Made by a program: the position numbers and the translations under genes. From Candidatus Babelota bacterium (lineage in GTDB: Bacteria; Babelota; Babeliae; Babelales; Vermiphilaceae): a DNA stretch of 32,000 nucleotides. The stretch covers positions 840,001 to 872,000 of the forward strand of contig JBDHVY010000001.1 in the NCBI GenBank assembly GCA_039809905.1, in the 5' to 3' direction. The notes beneath the pieces are model-generated. The model was not told the DNA's origin, did no database searches, and saw only the letters and a program-made list of their open reading frames with translations. Each line of letters starts with the position of its first letter. Within the stretch, counting starts at the first letter, position 1. This document shows, one piece after another, positions 17,245 through 25,886 of this stretch.

Positions 17245-17376
17245 GCGTTTAAGCCGGATACAATATGCGGTGCATTGAAAGATCTGCTATTTAGGTTATT
17301 CTTACATATATAGCTGATTTTATTACAGCAAGATTTATTAAAATAGCCCAGTAAACAATAAAAATCCTCTTAATAT

Positions 17377-17470
17377 GGGGTCCCCATTTATCCCCAATTT
17401 CACTTCGTTCTATCGGGGTCCCCGTGTGAAATGAAGTGAGCAAGGGGTTAAAATAGAGAATGGGGTATAA
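17377..17470 (+). promoter_or_regulatory. Two GGGGTCCCC palindromes plus two GGGGT boxes, 5' of pheT
   Basis: TGGGGTCCCCA at 17376-17386. CGGGGTCCCCGTGTGAA at 17414-17430 is identical to 2578-2594. GGGGTTAAAAT starts at 17444 and GGGGTATAAA at 17462. The pheT ATG is at 17482. Confidence 0.5.
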
Positions 17471-17481
17471 AGAGACTTCTG

Positions 17482-19803
17482 ATGAAAATATCATTGAATT
17501 GGATTTTTGATCATATTATAGGTGATGTATCCCGTATTGATGTAGCGCATTTAGTGGATACTTTTATAAGAACCACTGCAGAAATTGAAGGCTGGAAAAA
17601 AGTTAGAGTTGCTACAGATGAATTGACTCTGGCAGAAGTGAAGGAAATTTCCAGCGATGAGATAATTGTTTATTCATCTGAACGTAAAAAAGAATATGTT
17701 TTGCCCAAGCGAGCTGATGCACGTGAGGGATTGTTATTTATGATCATTGATAGTGGTGCCACGTCTAAGTGGGCAACATCAGTGGTATTTGGTGGCGTCA
17801 AAGATATGATGTTACCTGCTATTTACTGTACACCTGCACTGCAAGATGGCTTATGGAAAGAATCTATAGAACAACAAGATTATATTATTGAAGTTGATAA
17901 CAAATCTATTAATAGTCGTCCTGATTTGTGGGGACATCGTGGTTTAGCTCGTGAAATTGCTGCAATTTTAAATATGTCGTTGCGTCCATTACAGGAATTT
18001 GTGGTAGAAAAAGAAAAAACAAATGATGTGCAAGATCATTTTAGATTTGCTATCAAATCACCTCATGGTTGTGACCGTTTTGCGGCATTATATTTACCAT
18101 CCGTTAACGCGCAGCCATCACATCTTGATATGGTAATTCGTCTCAGTCGTCTTGATAGTAGATCTATTGATTTTTTGGTTGATGCTACTAATTACATAAT
18201 GCTTGATTTAGGGCAGCCAATGCATGCTTTTGATGCTGATAAATTTACTACAAAAGAAATTTCAGTTGCTTATGCTCGCGATAAAGAAAAATTAGCATTG
18301 CTTGATGGTGAAACAATTGAATTAACGTCACAAGATCTGGTCATTACTGATGGTGATAAAGCTATTTCTTTGGCGGGTGTCATGGGTGGAGCAACAACGG
18401 CAATTAATGCACACTCAAAATCTGTTTTGTTAGAAGCTGCGCATTTTGATCCTGTTATTGTCAGACGTACGGCAGCTCGCCACAAAAAAAGAAGTGAAAG
18501 TTCTGCACGTTTTGAAAAAAATATAGATCCTTATCACAATACTGATGCAATTAAACGGTATTTATTTTTGCTTGAAAAAGCAGGAATTTCATATACAGCG
18601 GATGAAAAGATTATCTCATTAGGTATTTCTTCTGAGCAAAAAATTGTTTCGGTAAAACATGTGTTTATAGAAGAGCGTCTTGGTGTTACCATTAAACCAG
18701 AACGTATTATTGATATTTTGAATAAACTTGCATTTACGGTAGATCAATCAATAGAAGATGGTGAAATTAAATATATTATTGTTGTGCCATCTTTCCGTGC
18801 AACCAAAGATATAAAAATTTCTGAAGATATTGTGGAAGAAGTTGGCCGTTATATTGGTTATGATTCATTACCACGGGTAATGCCGAGCTTGCCATTACAT
18901 CCAAATGATTTGCATAAAACATATACTACTCGCTCAATTAAGCGCTTTTTGAGTTATGGTTTAGAAATGCGCGAATTATATGGATATTCTTTTTTTGATG
19001 AATCAATGGTGCGCCAACTTAATTGGCAACCGCATAATTTCGTAGAAATAAAAAATCCTATTTCTGAAAATTACACTCGTATGATTACTACATTGCAGCC
19101 AAACTTACTCAAAGCAATTGGCGAAAATAGTATTGCTTACCGACAATTGCGTTTTTATGAATGGGCGCGTGTTTGGCATATGCGCGGTGAACATATGATA
19201 GAGCAAAAATCATTATGCGGTGTATTTTTTGATACTACTGCTGAAAAAATTAATTTTTATACCGGAAAAGCTTTATTGGCGCGTATGTTTGATATGTTGC
19301 AGATGAATGTTGTGTGGAAAAAATCAGATGATTCTCTCTTTCCATGGAATGTACCTCATGAAACAGCAATGATTATGCATGATGGTAAATCTATTGGTAT
19401 GGCAGGAATGGTTGATGCGTCATACGTTGCTGAACTTTGCCCTGCGGGAGGTTCACTTTTTATATTTGAGATTGATGGTGATTATCTGCTTAACTATAAA
19501 AAACCACTTACTCATTTTAATGCTTTATCAAAATATCCATCAGTTAAAAGAGATGTCAGTATTCTTATTGCATCATCAGTTACGGCTGATACGTTAATTA
19601 ATGTTATTAAGAATGTTGATAAGCGAATTGAATCAGTTAATTTAATTGATTTTTTTAGTAAACCAGAATGGAAAGATCAAAAGGCAATGACATTCCATGT
19701 TGAAATGGAAGATAAAGAAAAAACCCTTACATCTGAGATAATTGATGATATATGGAATGGTGTTATTGCGAAGTTGCAGCAGCAAGGTGCAATGATAAGA
19801 TGA
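17482..19803 (+). CDS. pheT: Phenylalanine--tRNA ligase beta subunit
   Basis: 773 aa with the characteristic N-terminus MKISLNWIFDHI. B3/4-B5 core motifs are present (NSRPDLWGHRGLAREIA, GVMGG). The C-terminus is of the ferredoxin-fold anticodon-binding type. Confidence 0.93.
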   Translation: MKISLNWIFDHIIGDVSRIDVAHLVDTFIRTTAEIEGWKKVRVATDELTLAEVKEISSDEIIVYSSERKKEYVLPKRADAREGLLFMIIDSGATSKWATSVVFGGVKDMMLPAIYCTPALQDGLWKESIEQQDYIIEVDNKSINSRPDLWGHRGLAREIAAILNMSLRPLQEFVVEKEKTNDVQDHFRFAIKSPHGCDRFAALYLPSVNAQPSHLDMVIRLSRLDSRSIDFLVDATNYIMLDLGQPMHAFDADKFTTKEISVAYARDKEKLALLDGETIELTSQDLVITDGDKAISLAGVMGGATTAINAHSKSVLLEAAHFDPVIVRRTAARHKKRSESSARFEKNIDPYHNTDAIKRYLFLLEKAGISYTADEKIISLGISSEQKIVSVKHVFIEERLGVTIKPERIIDILNKLAFTVDQSIEDGEIKYIIVVPSFRATKDIKISEDIVEEVGRYIGYDSLPRVMPSLPLHPNDLHKTYTTRSIKRFLSYGLEMRELYGYSFFDESMVRQLNWQPHNFVEIKNPISENYTRMITTLQPNLLKAIGENSIAYRQLRFYEWARVWHMRGEHMIEQKSLCGVFFDTTAEKINFYTGKALLARMFDMLQMNVVWKKSDDSLFPWNVPHETAMIMHDGKSIGMAGMVDASYVAELCPAGGSLFIFEIDGDYLLNYKKPLTHFNALSKYPSVKRDVSILIASSVTADTLINVIKNVDKRIESVNLIDFFSKPEWKDQKAMTFHVEMEDKEKTLTSEIIDDIWNGVIAKLQQQGAMIR

Positions 19804-20249
19804 TGAATAAATATGTATATTTTTTTATTGCGATCATTATTTTCATTCTTGATCGTGTAACAAAATTAGCAGCATTGACATGCATGCAGATACCTCATGT
19901 TATCAATAAATATGTAACATTCGAGCTAACTTTTAATCGTGGTATTTCGTGGGGCATGTTTCATGATTCAACACAAATAGTTATGATCATTGTTTCAATG
20001 ATTATTACAACAATCACTGTGTTTTTATGTTGGCATGCCTATAATGTGTACAAAAAAGGTAGTTTAATTATTGGGCATGTGTGCGTTATTGCTGGGTCAA
20101 TTTCTAATCTTATTGATCGTGGTATATATGGTGGAGTAATAGATTTTATTCTACTTTCATATCAACAGTATTGCTGGCCAGTTTTTAATATTGCAGATAT
20201 AGCGATTGTCTGTGGAGTTGGATTATTGGTTTTGCTCGATGAAAAATAA
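19800..20249 (+). CDS. lspA: Lipoprotein signal peptidase (signal peptidase II)
   Basis: LspA motifs: DRVTK, NRGISWGMF, VIDFI, WPVFNIADIAI. The ATG at 19800 overlaps the pheT stop (ATGA). The track start at 19752 lies inside pheT. Confidence 0.9.
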   Translation: MMNKYVYFFIAIIIFILDRVTKLAALTCMQIPHVINKYVTFELTFNRGISWGMFHDSTQIVMIIVSMIITTITVFLCWHAYNVYKKGSLIIGHVCVIAGSISNLIDRGIYGGVIDFILLSYQQYCWPVFNIADIAIVCGVGLLVLLDEK

Positions 20250-20913
20250 GATGAAGATTTTTTGGAATCATTGTGTTGCCACAGTGCGTACCTACCTTAT
20301 GCCCTGTATCTGTGCATATTGCAAAAAATTTTTATCTACCTCAGATGTTTTTTGTATAGATTGCAAAAACAAAATTGTTCGTATTGTTTCAAAGCAAATA
20401 GATGTAACGCCGTCATTTTCTATGACGGTTTTTGCAATTTCAGATTATAAAGATCCTCTCAAAAATTTAATTTTGGCAAAAAGTTGGTCAGATAGTTTGG
20501 CAAGTTATCAATTGGGGGAATTATTGTGGGAAATGACGCCAATAAAAAGTCTTGATTATGATGTTGTGGTACCAATTCCATTGCATTGGACACGTTATGC
20601 ATGGCGAGGATTTAATCAAGCACATGAAATTGCGCAGGTTGTTGGTAAGAAAAAAAATGTCCCCTTGCACTGCGTGCTTAAAAGACAAAAACAGACGGTG
20701 TATCAATCAAAAATTCCATCTACTATGCGCGTAGATAATGTGAAAAATGCTTTTGTATTGAATAAAAAATACATAGGTATGTATGAAGATAAGCATATTT
20801 TATTAATTGATGATTTAATGACGACCGGATCAACGTTGCGTTCAGCAGCAAAAGTGTTACTAGCATTGAAGCCTAAAAAGATTAGCGTGGCGGTTGCGTG
20901 TAGAGTAATCTAA
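20239..20913 (+). CDS. comF: ComF-family protein (phosphoribosyltransferase domain, N-terminal Zn-ribbon)
   Basis: CICAYCKKF…CIDCKNK cysteine pairs plus the PRTase loop ILLIDDLMTTGSTL. The start is ambiguous: 20239 overlaps lspA by 11 nt, and 20251 lies just after the lspA stop. Confidence 0.8.
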   Translation: MKNKMKIFWNHCVATVRTYLMPCICAYCKKFLSTSDVFCIDCKNKIVRIVSKQIDVTPSFSMTVFAISDYKDPLKNLILAKSWSDSLASYQLGELLWEMTPIKSLDYDVVVPIPLHWTRYAWRGFNQAHEIAQVVGKKKNVPLHCVLKRQKQTVYQSKIPSTMRVDNVKNAFVLNKKYIGMYEDKHILLIDDLMTTGSTLRSAAKVLLALKPKKISVAVACRVI

Positions 20914-20950
20914 AAAAAGAAGGGAACGAAAATATCGTTCCCTTCTTTTT
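20912..20950. terminator. Bidirectional rho-independent terminator between convergent comF and 20961..22226
   Basis: 12-bp stem AGAAGGGAACGA / TCGTTCCCTTCT with loop AAATA, flanked by A7 upstream and T5 downstream. Confidence 0.85.
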
Positions 20951-20960
20951 TAGGTATGAA

Positions 20961-22226
20961 TTATTTTTCTGTTAATTGTAGATTTTGTTTTTTTTCAAGA
21001 TCAAATAATGGAGTATTGTTGGAGCGATTTAATATAGATTGAGTTCTTTTTTGTGCTGCTTCTTTTTCTCCAGCAAGTATATTTTTAGATTTAACAAAAT
21101 TTTGTTCTGATATATTAGTTGCTTCTTTTCTAATAACTCTATTGAGTATAGCCAATTCAGCCATTGTTGTTTGTATGTGAGCTAAATATTGTAGCTCAGT
21201 AAGTATTGCTTTAGTGCTATCATCTGACATTTTTGCAACATTAGTATCAAATGATTGAGCATGCACCATTATAGCAGCTCTAAAAGCTTGAGCTGTTGCA
21301 TTATATGTTGATTGAGATTGTGCATTGATTTGATCGATTTTTTTCTGTGAATTTTCTGCTTGTTTTTTGAGTTGCTCATGTAAAAATGCAAGAGCTTTTG
21401 GTGCAACTTCATCAGACATTCTTACTGGCTTATCGTGGCTTAGTTTTACCAAATTAGTGAAAGATGTTAGATCTTTCGTTTCAATTGCTTGTGCAATAGC
21501 CTTATTAAATAGATCCGCAAAATAAGTTGTCCCGATTATTGAAGGATTATTTGCGTTCAAGAAATTAATTGTTGGCTGAATGAAATACCCCATAGATGTT
21601 TTAATTTGATCTGCATAGCTTAATACAACTTCTTTTTCTGTAGGTCTTACGGACATAAAGAGTTCTTCAGCCATTGCAATAGGGCTTTCAGGTAAAACAG
21701 GTTGTTCTGTTTCAATAGCTTTTTCTACAACAACGGGCGCTGCAGGTGTTTCTATCTTTTTTTCTACAAGATCTTGTAGTACAGGAAGAGTAGAAACCAT
21801 TTTTTGCAGTTCTGCTTTAGATAGGCTTAATAGTGCAGCAGCAATGTTTTCTATGTTTTTTTGATCTAATGCTTTTGTTTCTTGAACAAGAGTAGTGCTG
21901 TCTGCAACAAGCGTTTCAGTTTCTAATGTTGCAGCTGGGTTATCAATAGTTTGAGTTGGTATTCCAACTTCTATAACTATGTTTGGATTATCAATTTCTT
22001 GAGATTGTCTATTTTGAGTGAATTGGCTTTTAGCAGTAGTATTCTTTTTTTTCTTACTTCTTTTATGGCTACCACTATTTTTAAGAGGGTATGTTATTGC
22101 ATCTTGAGGTAGACGAGTTCCCACTGGTATGTTTATAGCAGGGGTTCTTTCTGCGCAGAATAAAAGAGAAGACGGTAAGAGTACAAGAGTTAACAATGAT
22201 TGAACGAGTAAGATATTTTTTTTCAT
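20961..22226 (-). CDS. Hypothetical secreted coiled-coil protein (421 aa) with basic HKRSKKKK cluster
   Basis: Start placed at ATG 22226 (MKKNILLVQSLLTLVLLPSSLLFCAE, signal-like). Long Q/A/E/K-rich helical regions. Basic cluster encoded at 22044-22067. Confidence 0.65.
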   Translation of the reverse strand: MKKNILLVQSLLTLVLLPSSLLFCAERTPAINIPVGTRLPQDAITYPLKNSGSHKRSKKKKNTTAKSQFTQNRQSQEIDNPNIVIEVGIPTQTIDNPAATLETETLVADSTTLVQETKALDQKNIENIAAALLSLSKAELQKMVSTLPVLQDLVEKKIETPAAPVVVEKAIETEQPVLPESPIAMAEELFMSVRPTEKEVVLSYADQIKTSMGYFIQPTINFLNANNPSIIGTTYFADLFNKAIAQAIETKDLTSFTNLVKLSHDKPVRMSDEVAPKALAFLHEQLKKQAENSQKKIDQINAQSQSTYNATAQAFRAAIMVHAQSFDTNVAKMSDDSTKAILTELQYLAHIQTTMAELAILNRVIRKEATNISEQNFVKSKNILAGEKEAAQKRTQSILNRSNNTPLFDLEKKQNLQLTEK

Positions 22227-22504
22227 CGAAAATCCTTTTTTGTATAAGAATATCATAAACGTTAACGAAGATATGGTTATAAATATTATAGTTATAAAAA
22301 TAATGATGGTTGGATTTTATGGGTGTGATGAACTCCTTTTTTATAAGATTTACTTGTCCTATTCTACTAATGGTTTACAAGAAATGAAAGATCTTTTTGT
22401 TAATTGTGTTCGATTATGATTTGCGATTGTAAAATATCAATTCTATGATAGGATAAAAAATCATTACAAAGATATAGTAAAATCTTATCATACAAAGGAT
22501 AGAC

Positions 22505-23530
22505 GTGAAGAATGCAACACATAAAAATTTATTAATTGGTGGAGTTGTCGCAACAATTTCATTCTTGCCTGGATGCACTGACATGTTCAAAGGAAGTGGT
22601 AATCAGGTTGCAACAGAAAATACACGTGCTCAAGAAAAAGCACCAATGACTGGTGAAGTTTTGGTGACTATGAAAGGTGTTCCTGCAATTACTGCCGATA
22701 GTTTAGAAAAAGAAAAAGAAAAATTGTTAAAAGCAAATCCTCAATTGAGACAAGCTTTTGCATTTATGGATTCTAAAGAGCTCGATCGTAATATTTTGGA
22801 AGGATTAATTCATCAAAAAATAGTTGATGAATATGTTGCTTCTAACAAAATTAATCAATCAGCTGCATATCAAGCAGAGCTAAAAGATTTATATGAATCC
22901 ATGGAACGTATGCTTAATTCCAAATATTTTAGTGAACGTAAATCAGTAAATGTTCCGGAATCTGAAGTAAAAGCATTCTATGAAGAAAATAAAGATAAAA
23001 TACAAGGGCTAACTATTTCCCAAGGTGGAATCGCTACAACAGGTATTGAATTTGCTGATGGAGCAGCAGCACGCGCATTTGCAGCTCGCGCAAAAACAGC
23101 CCCAGGTGGATTTAAGAAAGTAGCGCAAGATGATGGTCTTACTCCAAAAATTAAAGACTTCAAATTAGTTAACAGCCAAAGCATTGGTCTTGATGAACAA
23201 TTGCGCGATAAAATTGTTGCCATTAAAACAGTGCCAAGTGTTGATGTGTTAGATGTTAATGGAACATTCTGGGTTGTTAATGCTACGGCAAAAGAAGAGC
23301 CGAAGTATATTCCTTATGAACAAATCAAAGATCGCTTAAAAGAACAACTTGAGCAAAATAAACGTGTTGAAATTTTTGGCAAAGAAATAGAAGCATTGAA
23401 AAAAGAATATGATGTTCAAGTGAATGACAATTTCTTTAAACAAGATGCGCAAGCAGGAGCAAATAGCCAAGCGTTTGCAAATCCCGCTGCAGCAGACCAA
23501 ATGCCGGCAAAAGAGCAGCGATTGGCGTAA
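22505..23530 (+). CDS. SurA/PpiD-like periplasmic chaperone lipoprotein (parvulin domain degenerate or absent)
   Basis: GTG start preceded by AAGGA. Lipobox-like FLPGC. SurA-N-type helical region (EVKAFYEENKDKI). No canonical parvulin catalytic motif seen. Confidence 0.5.
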   Translation: MKNATHKNLLIGGVVATISFLPGCTDMFKGSGNQVATENTRAQEKAPMTGEVLVTMKGVPAITADSLEKEKEKLLKANPQLRQAFAFMDSKELDRNILEGLIHQKIVDEYVASNKINQSAAYQAELKDLYESMERMLNSKYFSERKSVNVPESEVKAFYEENKDKIQGLTISQGGIATTGIEFADGAAARAFAARAKTAPGGFKKVAQDDGLTPKIKDFKLVNSQSIGLDEQLRDKIVAIKTVPSVDVLDVNGTFWVVNATAKEEPKYIPYEQIKDRLKEQLEQNKRVEIFGKEIEALKKEYDVQVNDNFFKQDAQAGANSQAFANPAAADQMPAKEQRLA

Positions 23531-23552
23531 GCTATAAAATAAAAGCTAACAA

Positions 23553-23582
23553 TAAAAAAGAGGAGCTCAGCTCCTCTTTTTT
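23553..23582 (+). terminator. Rho-independent terminator
   Basis: Stem GAGGAGC / GCTCCTC with loop TCA, preceded by A5 and followed by T6. Confidence 0.85.
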
Positions 23583-23702
23583 ATTGCACTTATCCGCCCT
23601 ATGCGAGCAAAAGAGTCTCTCTCCTAAATTGCTTATTCATTAGAGGTAATAAATGCGCTATACTTTGAAAAACATTTGAACAGTCTTAAGGAGTAAAAGA
23701 GT

Positions 23703-24581
23703 ATGAAAATGCACATATTATTATCGTGTTTATTAGTATCAGTTATTATGATGGCCCAAGAGACCAATGATAGTAATATCGATACATCAAATCTTGTTTT
23801 ACTTGATGAAATAGAAGTTATTGTATACGGATCAGACGTAGAAATTATCACAAAATCGGATCTTGATCGCCCAGCGCTTGGCGGTGGTTTTCGAAAAAAA
23901 GAAGAGATAGTTTTTGAACGAGAAGTTTTACTTGATGCAAAAAAACATAATTTACCACAAGATGATGAAGCGGTTGATGCATATCTTGCACAAATTCAAC
24001 GTGAACATAATTTATCACAAGAAGAATTGGAACAAATCTTTACTTCTTCAGGATATACTATTGAAGAAGGCCGAGAGCAATTGCAAATGATGCAAACGGT
24101 CAACACAATGTTAGATATAAAAATACGATCTAATTTAATTGTCCCGCGCAGAGAAGTTGAAGAATATTACAAAAATAATCCTGTTGTTATAGAGGCAACG
24201 TATACCTTAGAGCGTGCGTTTGTACCACAATCTGAGAAAATCACCTCTGCTCAACAATATAAAGTTTTAGCAAGTTATGCAGAAAAAGGAAGAGGTGTTA
24301 CTGGTATCAAATGGAGCGAACCATTTATCATTCAGCATGCTGATGTAGCAGAAAATAAGCAATTCATTTATGCCATGGAAGTTGGTGAAATTTCATCTCC
24401 TCATTTGGTTAACGGCGGATTTGAATTATTTAGATTGGTAGATAAAACACCAGAGCATCTCAAAAGTTTAGAAGATTCATATCGTGAAATTGTGGAGATT
24501 TTACGCCGACCAAAATATGAAGAATTAATGGAAAAATATCGCGAACAGCTTTCCAAGAATTGTTCGGTTGTTTATTTTTAG
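23703..24581 (+). CDS. SurA/PrsA-like periplasmic chaperone with degenerate parvulin-like domain
   Basis: Signal-like N-terminus MKMHILLSCLLVSVIMMAQE. Contains EVEEYYKNNP. GEISSPHLVNGGFELFRLVDK resembles the parvulin GEVSxPVxTxxGYHIIKV motif but lacks the His. Confidence 0.45.
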   Translation: MKMHILLSCLLVSVIMMAQETNDSNIDTSNLVLLDEIEVIVYGSDVEIITKSDLDRPALGGGFRKKEEIVFEREVLLDAKKHNLPQDDEAVDAYLAQIQREHNLSQEELEQIFTSSGYTIEEGREQLQMMQTVNTMLDIKIRSNLIVPRREVEEYYKNNPVVIEATYTLERAFVPQSEKITSAQQYKVLASYAEKGRGVTGIKWSEPFIIQHADVAENKQFIYAMEVGEISSPHLVNGGFELFRLVDKTPEHLKSLEDSYREIVEILRRPKYEELMEKYREQLSKNCSVVYF

Positions 24582-24792
24582 CTTAATATATAGATTACTT
24601 ATTATTTTTAATTTTTTTATAAAAAATTTTAAATTAAGACTTATATAGTTAGAATATTTTCACAATATATTTATTAACACCCTACTGTAAATTTATTTAT
24701 CTTGATAAAGTAATCATTTATGGCAGGGTGTTAATCATTATTATACTGCTGTTTTAAAATCTGTTCTTTCAAATCAAAAAAACATATATATG

Positions 24793-25794
24793 TTAACTTC
24801 TTTTCTTTTTTGGATACATATATTCTTGTAGATCTAGGTATTCTTTTACGGCTTTTTCTATAGAATCTTTTTTTATAACTTTATTGGCAGAATCAGGAGT
24901 CTGATTGGCTTGTGCTTGATATGTCAAGATAGATAATTGCTCCAAGGTACGGCCTGAACATGAACCAATTTTTGCTAATTGTGTAAACAAAAAATCGTCA
25001 GTTATTTCTGGATGAAGCTTTAGATCGTCTCTTGAAAGATGTTTTACGAATATATTTTTTCTATCTAGGAGTTTGTTTATTGGCTCAAATTTTACACAAT
25101 TCTTAAATATTTTATACCTAGCGGTATCTGACATTTTAGTTGAGTTAGGCAAGATGCCAATGAAAAATAAATTTTGATTGTTTTTTTCTCTCTCAAGGAA
25201 ATCCCATAGAATTTCAGATGTCTCAGCAGTATCATGATATTTGCTATCAGTGTGTTGTAAAAAAAGATCTAAATCATCAATAATGATGAGCGTTGGTTGA
25301 TTTGATGATGCTGCTTTTTCAAGCGTGTTTTCTAAGCGCATTCCTGTTACATGTCGATATGATCCAAGCAATTGACAGCTTGATACTCGTATAAAATGCC
25401 AGCCTTTTTGGGACATTTTATGCGCAATTGCTTCCGACATTGTTGTTTTTCCAGTTCCTGTATCGCCTACAAAAAATATATATCTAGGATTATCATGAGA
25501 ATTGTCAGGATCTTCTAATTGTTTTACAATGTTTTGTGCTTTTTTGGGAGAATGTTCAAATACCATTTCTATTTCAGCAACATGGCTTTCACTGAAAACT
25601 TCAGTTTTTTTAGGTTTTTCTGATTCCTGTTTTAATTCGTTTTTAATTTGTTCTCTCATATCTTCAGATAGTTCTGCTAAATTAAGCGGTTCCATTTTGA
25701 GTTTATGCGTCTTGGGTTTCATTGAAAATTGAGCTGAAACTAAAACATTAGAAAGAAATAGTAGTGAGAAGAAAATTTTAGAAATAGATAACAT
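24793..25794 (-). CDS. AAA+ ATPase with N-terminal hydrophobic anchor/signal sequence
   Basis: Walker A FFVGDTGTGKTT and Walker B TLIIIDDLD. N-terminus MLSISKIFFSLLFLSNVLVSA is followed by the basic stretch KPKTHKLK. Confidence 0.8.
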   Translation of the reverse strand: MLSISKIFFSLLFLSNVLVSAQFSMKPKTHKLKMEPLNLAELSEDMREQIKNELKQESEKPKKTEVFSESHVAEIEMVFEHSPKKAQNIVKQLEDPDNSHDNPRYIFFVGDTGTGKTTMSEAIAHKMSQKGWHFIRVSSCQLLGSYRHVTGMRLENTLEKAASSNQPTLIIIDDLDLFLQHTDSKYHDTAETSEILWDFLEREKNNQNLFFIGILPNSTKMSDTARYKIFKNCVKFEPINKLLDRKNIFVKHLSRDDLKLHPEITDDFLFTQLAKIGSCSGRTLEQLSILTYQAQANQTPDSANKVIKKDSIEKAVKEYLDLQEYMYPKKKRS

Positions 25795-25886
25795 GATGAG
25801 ATCTCCTTTTTAAACAGCAGTTGATTTTATTGGCTTGATTGTAATGTTTTTTATAGGTTTAGCAAGTGTTTACTGAGATCATCTAT

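Noticed and set aside
17377-17465. Four GGGG tracts in the pheT leader as a G-quadruplex
   Set aside because: The loops between tracts are 14-34 nt, far longer than for stable G4s. The palindromic CCCC partners argue for duplex or protein-binding roles instead.
17246-17481. Possible T-box leader upstream of pheT
   Set aside because: The region is too short, and I see no T-box consensus (AAxxGGGTGGTACCGCG-like), specifier-loop architecture or terminator/antiterminator pair.
17291-17494. 67-aa minus-strand ORF spanning the pheT leader
   Set aside because: It overlaps the pheT start and the GGGGTCCCC boxes and has no RBS or recognisable features. The conserved nucleotide motifs explain the region better than coding potential does.
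24674-24734. 10-bp inverted repeat TTAACACCCT…AGGGTGTTAA with a 41-nt spacer, plus nearby AT-only palindromes, in the convergent 211-bp spacer
   Set aside because: Plausibly just a loose terminator or chance symmetry in AT-rich DNA. There are no repeats elsewhere in the window and no flanking features suggestive of a mobile element or RNA gene.
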